A stretch of DNA of 64,000 nucleotides from Pristiophorus japonicus (Eukaryota). Positions 49,565 to 62,265 of the stretch are shown here, in pieces (the stretch's first letter is position 1; the number at the start of each line of letters is the position of its first letter). A program made the translations under genes and the position numbers. The notes under the pieces are model-generated. The model saw nothing but the letters and a program-made list of their open reading frames with translations. It was not told where the DNA came from and made no database searches. Where the stretch lies: contig NC_091982.1 in assembly GCF_044704955.1 (NCBI RefSeq), positions 111,972,001 through 112,036,000 of the forward strand, read 5' to 3'.

Positions 49565-49880
49565 TTCCTTTGCTCCACCACTGGTGGCTGTGCCCAAAGA
49601 TGTCTAGGCCCTAAGCTCTGGAATTCCCTCCCTAAACCTCACTGCTTCTCTGCCTCTCTCTCCTTCTTTAAGATACTCCTTAAAACCTACCTCCTTGACC
49701 AAACGTTTGATCACTTGTCCTATAGCCGAGTCCGGTGAAAGCAAATTCAGCAGATGGGGTGAGGCAGGAGCTGAGGTGGGCAATGTCGTGTAAGTGGTCT
49801 TTGTTATGGAGAGGATATGGGGTCGGAAGCTCAGCTCAGGGTCAATTCGGATGCTGAGGTTGCGAACAGTCTATGTCAGT
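49565..49880. mobile_element. L2-like fragments
   Basis: CTAGGCCCTAAGCTCTGGAATTCCCTCCCTAAACCTC..CCTTAAAACCTACCTC is the reverse complement of the other L2-like copies. Confidence 0.6.
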
Positions 49881-51982
49881 GTCTGGGACGGATATGGAAT
49901 CACTAACGTGTGAATAAAGTTTTTGGTAGGAATCAAAGACAATGGCCCAGATAGTGCCGGGGGAGGGTTAGAAACACAGAAACATAGAAATCTACAGGGC
50001 AGAAGGAGGCTAGTTCAGCCCATCGTGTCCGCGCCGGCCGACAAAAAGCCACACGGCCCTCAGTCAGCAGCCCTGAAGGTGAGATATAAACCTATGAACA
50101 ATGAACAATGGCGGAAAGGTAAAAGCATCCGGCCCAACCAGTCCGCCCCATACAACTGCGATACCCCCTGCACCGTATCATTCTACACTCCATCCCAACC
50201 AAAGCCATGTGATCTCCTGGAAGAGGCAAAAAAAGATAAAAATCCCAGGCCAATTGGGGAAAAGAAATTTGAAAAAATTCCTCTCTGACCCATCCAGGCG
50301 ATCAAAACTAGTCCAGGAGATCACCCTGGTGGTATTCGATTCCCTGCAGTATCTGCCCCAGCCAACAAGAGGTTATCCAGTCTAATCCCAGTTACCAGCA
50401 GGTTACGGCACTTCAAGTGCCCATCCAAATGTGGTGAGGGTTTCTGCATCCACCACCCTTCCAGGCAGTGAGTTCCAGACCCCCACAACCTCTGCTTGAA
50501 GAAGCCTCCCCTCAAGTCGCCTCTAAACCTTCCACCAACCACCTTAAAACTATGACCCCTCCACCAAGGGAAAGAAGCCCTTGCTATCCACTATATCCAG
50601 GCCCCTCAAAATTTTATACACCTAACTGAGGTCTCTTCTCAGCCTCCTCTGTTCCAATGAGAACAAACCCAGTCTATCCAATCTGTCCTCATAGCTATGC
50701 TTCTTCATTCCAGGCAGCATCCTAGTAAATCTCCTCTGCACTCCCTAGTGCAATCACGTTCTTCCTATAATAAGGTGACCAGAACTGCATGCAGTACTCC
50801 AGCTGTGGCCTAACCAGAGTACTATACAATTTAAGCATAACCTCCCTGCTCTTATATTCTATGCCGTGGCCAATAAAAGCGAGCATTCTATATGCCTTCT
50901 TAACCACCTTATCCACCTGGCCTGCTACTTTCAGGGATCTGTGGACAAGCACTCCAAGATCCTTTTGTTCATCTACACTTTTAAGTGGCCTATTGCTTAA
51001 TGTGTTTACCCTTTCCTTATTAGCTCTCCCAAAGTGCATCACCTCACACTTCTCTGAATTAAATTCCATTTGCCACTGTTCTGCCCACCTGACCAGTAGA
51101 TTTACACGCTCCTGCAGTCCATGACTTTCCTCTTCATTATCAACCACACAGCCAATTTTAGTGTCATCTGCAAACTTCTAAATCATACTCCCTATATTCA
51201 AATTTAAATCATTGATATATACCACAAAAAGCAAGGGACCCAGTACTGAGCCCTATGGAACCCCACTGGAAACATCCTTCCAGTCACAAAAACATCCATC
51301 AACCATAACCCTTTGCTTCCTACCTCAAGCCAATTTTGGATCCAACATGCCACTTTGCCCTGTATTCCATGGGCTTTATCCTTCATGACCAGTCTACCAT
51401 GCGGGATCTTATCAAAAGCTTTGCTAAAGTCCATATACACTACAGCGTACGCACTACTCGCATCAACCCTCTTGGTTACCTCCTCAAAAAATTCTATCAG
51501 GAAGTCAAACACGATCTTCCCTTAACAAATTCATGCTGACTGTCCATAATTAATCCTTGCCTTTCTAAATGTAGATTTATCCTGTCTTTCAGGATTTTTT
51601 CCAATAATTTTCCCACCACTGAGGTTAGGCTGGCAGGCCTGTAATTGCTCGGCCTGTCCCTTTTTCCCTTCTTAAACAAGGGTACTACATTAGCAGTCCT
51701 CCAGTCCTCCGGCACCATGGCCAAAGACAAAGAGGACTGGAAAATGGTCAAGGCTCCTCTTTTACTTCACTTCATCTTTACTGCATTTCATCCAGGCCTG
51801 GAGACTTATCTACTTTCAAAGTTGCTAAACACCTTAATACTTCCTCTCTCACTATATTTATTTCATCCAGAATATCACACTCCTCCTCTGGAGCAGTACA
51901 AAATATTCATTAAGAACCATAGCAACATCTTCCGCCTCCACACCAAGATTACCATCATGGTCTCTAATAGGCCCTACTCTTT

Positions 51983-53626
51983 CATAAGAATTAGGAACAG
52001 GAGTAGGCCATCTAGCCCCTCAAGCCTGCTCCGCCATTCAATAAGATCATGGCTGATCTGGCCATGGACTCAGCTCCACTTACCTGCCCGCTCCCCGTAA
52101 CCCTTAATTCCCTTCTTGGTTAAAAATCTATCTATCTGTGACTTGAATACATTCAATGAGCTAGCCTCAACTGCTTCCTTGGGCAGATAATTCCACAGAT
52201 TCACAACCCTCTGGGAGAAGAAATTCTTTCTCAACTCGGTTTTAAATTGGCTCCCAAGTATGTTGAGGCTGTGCCCCCTAGTTCTAGTCTCCCTGACCAG
52301 TGGAAACAACCTCTCCACCTCTATCTTGTCTATCCCTTTCATTATTTTAAATGTTTTTATAAGATCACCCCTCATCCTTCTGAACTCCAACAAGTAAAGA
52401 CCCAGTCTACTCAATCTATTATCATAAGGTAACCCCCTCATCTCCGGAATCAGCCTAGTGAATCGTCTCTGTACCCCCTCCAAAGCCAGTATATTCTTCC
52501 TTAAGTAAGGTGACCAAAACTGCACGCAATACTCCAGGTGCGGCCTTACCATTACCCTATACAGCTGCAGCAGAACCTCCCTGCTTCTGTACTCCATCCC
52601 TCTCGCAATGAAGGCCAACATTCCATTCGCCTTCCTGATTACCTGCTGCACCTGCAAATTAATTTTTGGGGATTCATGCACAAGGACGCCCAGGTCCCTC
52701 TGCACCGTAGCATGTTGTAATTTCTTCCCATTCAAATAATATTCCCTTTTACTGTTTTTTTCCCCAAGGTGGATGACCTCACACTTTCCGACATTGTATT
52801 CCATCTGCCAAACCTTAGCCCATTCGCTTAACCTATCCAAATCTCTTTGCAGCCTCTCTGTGTCCTCTACACAACCCGCTTTCCTACTAATCTTTGTGTC
52901 AGCTGCAAATTTTGTTACACTACACTCTGTCCCCTCTTCCAGGTCATCTATGTATATTGTAAACAGTTGTGGTCCCAGCACCGATCCCTGTGGCACACCA
53001 CTAACCACCGATTTCCAACTCGAAAAGGACCCATTTATCCCGACTCTCTGCTTTCTGTTCGCCAGCCAATTCTCTATCCATGCTAATACATTTCCTCTGA
53101 CTCCGCGTACCTTTATCTTCTGCAGTAACCTTTGGTGTGGCACCTTATCGAATGCCTTTTGGAAATCTAAATACATCACATCCATCGGTACACCTCTATC
53201 CACCATGCTCGTTATATCCTCAAAGAATTCCAGTAAATTAGTTAAACATGATTTCCCCTTCATGAATCCATGCTGCGTCTGCTTGATTGCACTATTCCTA
53301 TCGAGCTGTCCCGCTATTTCTTCCTTAGTGATAGTTTCAAGCATTTTCCCCACTACAGATGTTGAACTAACCGGCCTCTTGTTACCTGCCTTTTGTCTGC
53401 CCCCTTTTTTAAACAGAGGCATTACATTAGCTGCTTTCCAATCCGCTGGTACCTCCCCAGAGTCCAGAGAATTTTGGTAGATTATAAGGAATGCATCTGC
53501 TATAACTTCCGCCATCTCTTTTAATACCCTGGGATGCATTTCATCAGGACCAGGGGACTTGTCTACCTTGCGTCCCATTAGCCTGTCCAGCACTACCCCC
53601 CTAGTGATAGTGATTGTCTCAAGGTC
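51983..53626 (-). mobile_element. Young 5'-truncated CR1 with a 507-aa open RT frame
   Basis: ORF 52070-53593; catalytic motif reads FAAD instead of FADD; CTTT repeated at both junctions. Confidence 0.92.
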
Positions 53627-55321
53627 CTTTCTTTACTTATCCTCTTGCACTTAATATATTTATAGAACATCTTTGGGTTTTCCTTAATTTTAATTGCCAA
53701 GAATTTTTCATACTCTCTCTTTGCATTCCTAATATAGTTTTTAATTTTACCTCTGAACTTTCTGTATTCCTCCAATGATTCTACAGTATTTAGCCATTGG
53801 TATATGACATAAGCTTCCCTTTATTTCTTTATCCTCCCCTAGACATCCATGGGGCTCTAGAATTGTTATTACCATCCTTTTTCTTTAAGGGCACATGTTT
53901 GGCCTGAGCCCTCTGGATCTCCTCTTTGAATGCCTCCCACTATTCTGACACTGATTTACCTACAAGTAGCTATTTCCTGTCCATTGTGGCCAAATCACTC
54001 CTGATCAAAGTTAGCTTTTCCCCAATTTGGGACTTTTATTCCTGGTCTATCCTTGTCCTTATTCACAACTAACTTTAGTCTGACTAAATTATGGTCACTG
54101 GCACCCAAGTGCTCGCCCACTAATAACCCTTCCACCTGCCCAGCTTCATTCCCCAAAACGAAATCCAAGACCGCCCCCTCTCGTGTTGGGCTTGCTACAT
54201 ACTGACTAAACAAGTTCTCTTGAATGCATTTTAAGAATTCTGCACCCTCTATACCCTTCACACTATATTTGTCACAATCGATATTAGGATAGTTAAAATC
54301 CCTTACTATTACTGTCCTATGGTTTTTGGATTGCACAGAAATTTGCTTACATATTTGCTCCTCTATCTCTCTCCCATTGTTTGGGGGTCTATAATAAACG
54401 CCCAGCAATGTGATCAGCCCTTTTTTATTTTCCAATTCGACCCATATGGCCTAATTTGATGATCTCTCTAACATATCATCCCTCCTCACAGCTGTAATAG
54501 TTTCTTTAATCAATACCGCGACCCCCACCTCCCGTTTTTACCCCCGTCTCTGTCTTGTCTAAAAATCCTGTAGCCAGGAATATTGATCTGCCAAACCTGC
54601 CCCTCTTTCAGCCATGTCTCTGTAATGGCTATAATACCATACTCCCAAGTGTCTATCTGTGCTCTTAGCTCATCCGCCTTATTTGCTATACTCCTTGCAT
54701 TAAAGTATATACCATTTAGCACAGAAAGAACTCCTTGATTACTACTTACTAACCCTTGTTTCCTCTGTCTTACAGATTCACTTTCTAAATTATTGCTATC
54801 CAATTTCAGTTTTACTTCCTTCCCGACTGAATTTGTTCTCAGGTTCCCTTCCCCATACCAAGCTAGTTTAAACTCTCCCCCACAGCACTACTAAAACTTC
54901 CCGCAAGGATATTGGTCCTGGCGCTGTTGAGGTGCAATCCATCCGGTTTGTTCAGGTCCTATCTCTCCCAGAAGCAGTTCCAATGCCTCTGGAATTTAAA
55001 GCCCTCCCTCCTACACCAATTCTCCAGCCACGCTTTCATCCTCTCTGTACTTCTATTCTTATACTCAGTAGCACGTGACACCGGTAGTAACCTGGCGATT
55101 ACTACCTTTGAGGTCCTATCCTTTAATTTTTCTCCTAGCTCCCTAAATTCTGTCTGCAGTTCCTCATCCCTCTTTCTACCTATGTCTTCGGTCCCGATAT
55201 GGAACACGACCTCTAGCTGTTTACCCTCTTCCCTCCAGAATGCCTAATATCCACTATGTGTCATCCTTGACCCTGGCACTAGAGAGGCTCCATACCATTC
55301 TGGAGTCACGTCTATGGCCGC

Positions 55322-55801
55322 AGAAACATAGAAAGATAGAAACAGAAAATAGGAACAGTAGTAGGCCATTCGGCCCTTCGAGTCTGCACCGCTATTCAAT
55401 ATGATCATGGCTGATCCGCTATCTCAATACCATATTCCCACTTTTTCCCCAAACCCTTTGATGCCTTTTGTTTCTAGAAATCTATCTATCTCCCTCTTAA
55501 ATATATTCAGTGACTTGGCCTCCACAGCCTTCTGTGATAGAGAATTCCACAGATTCACCAGCCTTTGAGTGAAAAGATTTCTCCTCATCTCAGTCATAAA
55601 TTTCCTACCCTGTATCCTGAGACTGTGACCCCTTGTTCTAGACTTCCCAGCCCAGAGGAAACATCCTCCCCGCATCCAGTCTATCCAACCCAGTCAGAAT
55701 TTTATACATTTCAATGAGATCCCCTCTCATTCTTCTAAACTCTAGTGAATACAGGCCTAGTCGACCCTATCTCTCCTCATACAACATTCCTGCCATCCCA
55801 G
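55322..55801 (-). mobile_element. CR1 3' fragment nested in ORF1 of the long CR1
   Basis: GKSRTRGHSLRIQGRKF; AGAAACATAGAAA tail. Confidence 0.88.
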
Positions 55802-55967
55802 GACAGAGGAAACAAGGGTTAGTAAGTAGTAATCAAGGAGTTCTTCCTGTGCTTAATGGTATATACTCTATGGCAAGTATATCTTCTCTGTTCCCCTAAC
55901 TATTGAATCCCCTACCACTACAGCTCTCTTATTCTGCATCCCTCGCCCCTGTGCAGCTGAGCCACAC

Positions 55968-56697
55968 GGGGTGTCAACCGCGAGGGTCTTTGGAGCATCC
56001 TCCTCCGTTTCAGATGCCCCCAAAAGATTGTCACCATCCTCCGCCTGCTCCACGACAACATGCAGGCCGTGATCTTTACCAATGGATCCATCACAGACCC
56101 AATCAACGTCCGGACCGGGGTCAAACAGGGCTGCATCATCGCCCCAACCCTCTTCTCAATCTTTCTCGCCACCATGCTCCACCTCACAGTCAACAAGCTA
56201 CACATCTGTATCCACCCTCCTGTTTGGTCAGAGATATGGACCATGTACAGTAGACACCTCAAGTCACGAGAAAAATATCACCAACGATGTCTCCGCAAGG
56301 TCCTACAAATCCACTAGGAGGACAGACACACCAACATCAGCGTCCTCGTCCAGACTAACAGCCCCAGCATTGAAGCACTGAACAAACTCGATCAGCTCCG
56401 CTGGGCAGGCCACATAGTTTGCATGCCAGACACGAGACTCCCAAAGCAAGTGCTCTACTCGGAGCTCCTTCACGGCAAACAAGCCAAAGGTGGGCAGTCG
56501 AAATCAAGCGTAGGCAGCGGAAAGAGCGTGCGGCAAACTAGTCCCACCCATCCCTTACCTCAGCAACTATCTGTCCCACCTGTGACAAAGTCTGTGGCTC
56601 TCGTACTGAACTGTTCAGCCACCAGAGAACTCACTTCAGGAATGGAAGCAAGTCTTCCTCGATTCCAAGGAACTGCCTATGAATGACTATGAATGAA
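55968..56697 (+). mobile_element. RTE LINE fragment with internal deletions
   Basis: VRTGVKQGCIIAPTLFSIF; RLPKQVLYSELLHGK; RTE tail. Confidence 0.85.
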
Positions 56698-56789
56698 TGT
56701 CTTGGATGTGGCTCTGGCTGCACTCCCCAGAGGCAACATCGCCCTCACTGGTGCTCAGAAGAGAATATCGGTGGAAAGCGAAATGGACT

Positions 56790-57440
56790 CACGGGTGGAC
56801 TCCTGCACTACATGCCTAACGTTTTTACTCCATGTGGTTCCGAGCCGGGGGGAGGAGTTTCGGGCCCCGCATGCTGTAGTGATATGACTCCACAGCATAT
56901 GTCTTTTTTGTTCGACAGGATCACCCCAGAGCAGGCCGCAGGAGCAGGAAGGAAGCCTGCAGCTGCTACGAGGAGTGTGGGGAGGTCTGATCCGATTCTG
57001 AAGGAAGGGGGGGGTCTTTGGATGGGGTCGGGTGGGTCTATGATGGTGGTGTCGGAGGGGGTCAGATGGTAGAGAAGAAGTTAAGCTTGGGGAGCTGGGG
57101 GAAGCACTCCTGTTCCTCCTGACCCACAAGCAGTGCTGTAAAGCCACTTACCTTTTCGCCAAAACTGTCCTCGCCTCCCTTCATCTGCCCGGTTTCCCAA
57201 GGCCCTGGAAACATGGCTGTAGAGGATTAAACCTGTAAACAAGTTAAATGTGAGGCTCCCAGCCTCATTATAGTAGGTAAATGGCCAACCCACCTCCTGG
57301 GAGCGGGATGCCTGCCCACCCCTTATCCCACTTCCAATAAACCCTGGTTGGAGGAAGACTGGGGTGGGTTCGATATTTAAAAATATTTCAGATCTTACCT
57401 GACCCAAACCCAACCATTTTTGGGGGTTAAAATTATCCCC
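56790..57440. mobile_element. Harbinger-type MITE-like element
   Basis: End GGGGGTTAAAATTATCCCC; body is a reverse-complement match to ~63137-63660. Confidence 0.5.
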
Positions 57441-57689
57441 TATGATTCTATACCAGCCTCTGGGGATCCCATTGGATACTGTCCTCTAGTCAGAAAATCT
57501 TCCATTCACCACTACTCTCTGCCTCCTATCCCCATTTGTACCCAAGTTATCATCATCCCTTTAATACTAGGCACTTCTATTTTCCAAATAAGTCTGTTAA
57601 GTGACACTTTATTAAATTCCTTTTGAAAGTTCATATATACAACATCTACTGCACTGCCTTCACTAACCCTTTCATAAGTTAAACAGAAG

Positions 57690-57930
57690 TCTGTCCTCTC
57701 AGGTGGATGTTACAATTCTATCGCAATATTTGAAGGAGAGCCGGGGAGTTCTCCCCAGTGTCCTGGTCAACATCAGTAAAACATTACCACACTGCTGCTT
57801 GTAGGAGCTTGCTGTATATAAATTGGCTGCCTTATTTCCTACATTACAACAGTGACTATACTTCAAAAGTACTCCATTGGCTGCAAAATGGTTTGAGGCG
57901 CCCTGAGGTCATGCAAGGCGCTGTATAAAA
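57690..57930 (+). mobile_element. Deu-domain SINE fragment
   Basis: CTCAGGTGGATGT..GGGGAGTTCTCCCCAGTGTCCTGG..GGCGCTGTATAAA. Confidence 0.7.
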
Positions 57931-58024
57931 GCTGAGGGTGGGTTGGGGAAAGGTAATGAGGGTTCCTTTAGGGAACTGGATAATGAGAATGAACGTCAAA
58001 CCTTGTGTATCTATGCTTTCAAGA

Positions 58025-60096
58025 TGAATATTTGGACTACCAGAAGGCATTTGACAAGGTGCCACATAAAAGGTTACTGTACAAGATAAAAGTTCACAGG
58101 ATTGGGGGTAATATATTAGCATGTATAGAGGATTGCCTAACAAACAGAAAACAGAGAGTCGGGATCAATGGTTCATCCTCGGGTTGGCAATCAGTAACTA
58201 GTGGGGTGCAACAGGGATCAGTGATAGGACCCCAACTATTTACAATCTATATTAACGACTTAGAAAAAGGGACTGAGTGTAACGTAGCCAAGTTTGCTGA
58301 CGATACAAAGATGGAAGGAAAAGCAATGTGTGAGGAGGAAACAAAAAACCTGCAAAAGGACATAGAGAGGCTAAGTGAGTGGGCAAACATTTGGCAGATG
58401 GAATATCAGCAAGTGATTAGGAAGGCCAATGGAATCTTGGCCTTTATTGCAAAGGGGATGGAGTATAATAGCAGGGAAATTGTGAAGTCATGCACTTTGG
58501 CAGAAAAAAAATCGAAGAGCAGGTTATTATTTAAATGGAGAAAGATTGCAAAGTGCTGCAGTATAGCTGGACCTGAGGGTACTTGTTCATGAAACACAAA
58601 AGGTTAATATGCAGGTACAGCAAATGATTAGGAAGGCCAATGGAATCTTGGTCTTTATTGCAAAGGGGATGGAGTATAATAGCAGGGAAGTCTTGTTACA
58701 GTTATACAGGATATTGGACCATTTCCCATACCTCGGGAGCCTCTTATCAACAAGAGCAGACATTGACGACGAGATCCAACATCGCCTCCAGTGCGCCAGT
58801 GCAGACTTCAGCCGCCTGAGGAAAAGAGTGTTTGATGACCAGGCCCTCAAATCTGTCACCAAGCTCAAGGTCTACAGGGCTATAGTAATACCAGCCCTCC
58901 TGTATGGCTCAGAGACATGGACCATTACAGTAGACACCTCAAGTCGCTGGAGAAATACCACCAACGATGTCTCCGCAAGATCCTACAAATCCCCTGGGAG
59001 GACAGACGCACCAACATTAGCGTTCTCGACCAGGCTAACATCCCCAGCATTGAAGCACTGACCACACTTGATCAGCTCCACTGGGCAGGCCACATTGTTC
59101 GCATGCTAGACACAAGACTCCGAAGCAAGCACTCTACTTGGAACTCCTTCACGGCAAGCGAACCAAAGGTGGGCAGAGGAAATGTTACAAGGACACCCTC
59201 AAAGCCTCCCTGAAAAGTGCAACATCCCCACTGACACCTGGGAGTCCCTGGCCAAAGACTGCCCTAAGTGGAGGAAGTGCATCCGCCAGGGTGCTGAGCA
59301 CTTTGAATCTCATTGACGAGAGCATGCAGAAATCAAGTGCAGGCAGCGGAAAGAGAGTGCGGCAAACCTGTCCCACCCATCCCTTCCCTCAACGACTATC
59401 TGTCCTACCTGTGACAGGGACTGTGGTTCTCGTATTGGACTGTTCAGCCACCTAAGTACTCATTTTAAGAGTGGAAGCAAGTCTTCCTCGATTCCGAGGG
59501 ACTGCCTATGATGATGATTGGTGAGACCACATCTAGAATACTGCGTACAATTTTGGTTTCCATATTTAAGAAAGGATATATTTGCTTTGGAGGCAGTTCA
59601 GAGAAGATTCACTCGGTTGATTATGGAGATGAGGGGGTTGACTTATGAGGAAAGGTTGAATAGGTTGGGCCTCTACTCATTGGAATTCAGAAGAATGAGA
59701 GATGATCTTATCAAAACGTATAAAATTATGAGGGGGCTTGACAAGTTGGATGCAGAGAGGATGTTTCCACTGATAGGGGAGACTAGAATTAGGGAGCATA
59801 GTCTTAGAATAAGGGACCACCCATTTAAAACTGAGATGAGGAGGAATTTCTTCTCTCAGGGTGTTGTAAATCTATGGAATTCGCTGCCTCAGGGAGCTGT
59901 GGAAGCTGGGTCATTGAATAAATTTACGACAGAGATAGACAGTTTCTTAAACGATAAGGGAATATGGGGTTATGGGGAGCGGACAAGAAAGTGGACCTGA
60001 GTCCATGATCGGATCAGCCATGATCATATGAATTGGCGGAGCAGGCTCAAGGGGCCGTATGGCTTACTCCTGCTCCTATTTCTTATGTTCTTATGA
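58025..60096 (+). mobile_element. CR1 RT/3' fragment split by an RTE insertion
   Basis: LDYQKAFDKVPH, KFADDTK; resumes VRPHLEYCVQFW at 59518; TTCTTATG tail. Confidence 0.9.
58718..59516 (+). mobile_element. RTE LINE 3' fragment nested in CR1
   Basis: DHFPYLGSLLSTRADIDDEIQHRLQCA; (GAT)n tail; ATTGG duplicated at both junctions. Confidence 0.92.
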
Positions 60097-60528
60097 GTTT
60101 ATGGAGGACCGTGATTAAATCTTGAAGAATGCTCTTACTCAGCAGTATTTGAAATGTGCAAGTTGAATTATTCTCTGGAATGTACCCAAGCCCAAATAGG
60201 CTTGCTGCAGTATTATACCATGTCTCACACTCGTGGACTCCCAGGAGCAGGTCGATCATCAGTGCTTACCTTCACCGTTAGAATAAAGAAAACCCCAAAA
60301 TACTTAATCTTGTTGACTTGAAAAGACTCCAAGACTGTGACCATAGTGGTTATGACGATAAAGCAGAACTGCCTCACAGCCAACCACAAACTGGCGTAGT
60401 GGCACGCAATTTATAGAAGGGAACTGGAACTCCAGCGAGATGTGAACAGGCAGTTTCATGTTATAAATAGTTTGCTACAGATCCTTCCTTCCTCTCACTT
60501 CAGCATCATTATGAATAGTGAACGTGCC

Positions 60529-60717
60529 ATTTGTTCTCTACCTCACAATTTGCTCTGGTCAAATTTATTGGCCCTGATATTTGAAGGGAGACCAGGAGGG
60601 TACTGTGCGAGGGCCAAAATGTCCAGCAATCGCATCGAGGCTGGGAACTCCTGGTCTCCCTTCAAATATCAGGGCCAATAAATTTGGCCAGAGCAAATTG
60701 TGAGGTGGAGAACAAAT
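60529..60717. repeat. 70-bp inverted repeat with 49-nt loop
   Basis: Arms 60529-60598 and 60648-60717; 68/70 Watson-Crick, both mismatches T.G on the + strand. Confidence 0.95.
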
Positions 60718-61328
60718 TTAACTGTCGGATCACGTTAGAATTTTATTATTCTTCCATTTCTCCATTTCCTGCCCAGCAGCCGACCAGATTGACAGGCTGG
60801 CAGATGGTAAAACCAATGCCAGGGGGCCGCAGGTGGGCACCTATGATGTTGGATCCCTGCAATCGGGAAGAGGGGAAGGCCAAAGATCATGACCAGGGGG
60901 CGTGGGGGAGGTTTGCCGTCATTGTGGTGGGGGGGCTGGGGGGTGGAGAGGGGGGGGAGAGAAAGCCAGCGATGCGCAGATGGGAGGCCGAAGGCTTCAT
61001 TGAGGGGGGCCGAGGGGAGATCTCCTGCTCCTACTGGCCCACAAAGAATGCTGTAACAGGCACTAACCTTGGTGAGCCGACAGCTCCCACCTCCCTCTTG
61101 CTGCCGGGTTTCCCAAACCTTGAGAAATCTGAGTGGCAACTGTTAAATTTAAATCAGGCTCCAAATTGCACTGTCTGAACCTGATTTAAATATGTTAATG
61201 AAGTGTCCCAGCTCTTCACGGTGGAGCAAAACCCAATGCCGTAAGCAACTTTTTAACCCACCCCCAACTCTCTCCTGCTCATCGGTGAGCAGGGGTGACA
61301 GGGGGAGGGTGGTTTTGATATCGAGGCC
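60570..61328. mobile_element. Harbinger-type MITE
   Basis: TIRs GGCCCTGATATT / GATATCGAGGCC; 3-bp TSD ATT. Confidence 0.6.
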
Positions 61329-61931
61329 ATTATTTCTGAGTTACGCCCTGTGGAGTTGCTGATGGGGTGATTGGAGAGAGTGGGACAGCCCCAGCCTTGG
61401 ACACACAGCTCAGCAACAGTGTACAGAGGGTCAGAGAAGAGTGTCAAAAAGGCAGGAAGGAGGAACAAAAAGCATACATGTAGGGAAACGATAAAAGCAG
61501 CATTCAGTCCCACAGAGTTGGCACAGCAGCGAAGGGCAAGGAAAGAAAAGGAGCTCTGGGAATTGAGGGCGGAGAAAATCAGACCCAAGGCCCCGAAGAA
61601 AGGCAAGGCCTTTGGCTGTACAGAGGTTACAGCCTAACGGTATGCCATACAGTGTTCTCCATTATTAACATAAATTGTAGGAACAATTGTTGGAGAATTG
61701 GAGAAAACAGAGTAATCAGCGGCTGCGCTTGTGAGAGTTGTACGTAAATTCTGAAAGTCCGACTGAGGAGAGAGACCGTTTTTATTCCGGTTGTGCAATC
61801 AGGAAGTTACTTTGTTAATTCTTAATCAATAAGCTGCATCAAGTCATTTGTGGATTTTCTGGGCTTTCAGTTCATTTTGCAGTTCAACACACTCATCCGG
61901 GTCATTTTTATCCTCAAAAAGGGGTGTGATT

Positions 61932-62265
61932 ATAGAATCATAGAAATTTACAGCACGGAAAGAGGCCACTTTGGACCATTGTATCCACGCTGGCCGACAA
62001 AGAGCTCTCCAGCCTAATCCCACTTTCCAGCTCTTGGTTCGTAGCCCTGTAGGTTACAGCATTTCAAGTGCATATCCAAGTACTTTTTAAATGTGGTGAG
62101 GGTTTCTGCCTCTACCACCCTTTCAGACAGTGAATTCCAGACCCCCACAACCCTCTGAGTGAAGAAACTTCCCCTCAAATCCCCTCTAAACCTCCTACCA
62201 ATTACTTTAAATCTATGCCCCCTGGTGGTTGATCCCTCTACTAAGGAAAATAGGTCCGTCCTAAC
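61932..62265 (-). mobile_element. CR1 3' fragment
   Basis: STTRGHRFKVIGRRFRGDLRGSFF; ATAGAATCATAGAA tail. Confidence 0.85.

Larger units (their letters stand above)
49969..55945 (-). mobile_element. Long CR1 (ORF1 esterase region to tail), disrupted, hosting two nested CR1s
   Basis: RAVVVGDSIVRGT and HIGTEDIG..VVIARLLPV (ORF1); YFNARSIANKADEL and GVYYRPPN (APE); RT; (TTTCTATG)-type tail at 49969-49990. Confidence 0.9.

Noticed and set aside
52070-53593. Longest ORF (507 aa) as an active or domesticated RT gene
   Set aside because: It is a 5'-truncated CR1 lacking the endonuclease, with FADD mutated to FAAD, nested in another CR1.
58609-59061. Apparent CR1-RTE fusion protein
   Set aside because: Chance in-frame junction of a 5'-truncated RTE nested in CR1; the TSD is visible and both parts are disrupted.
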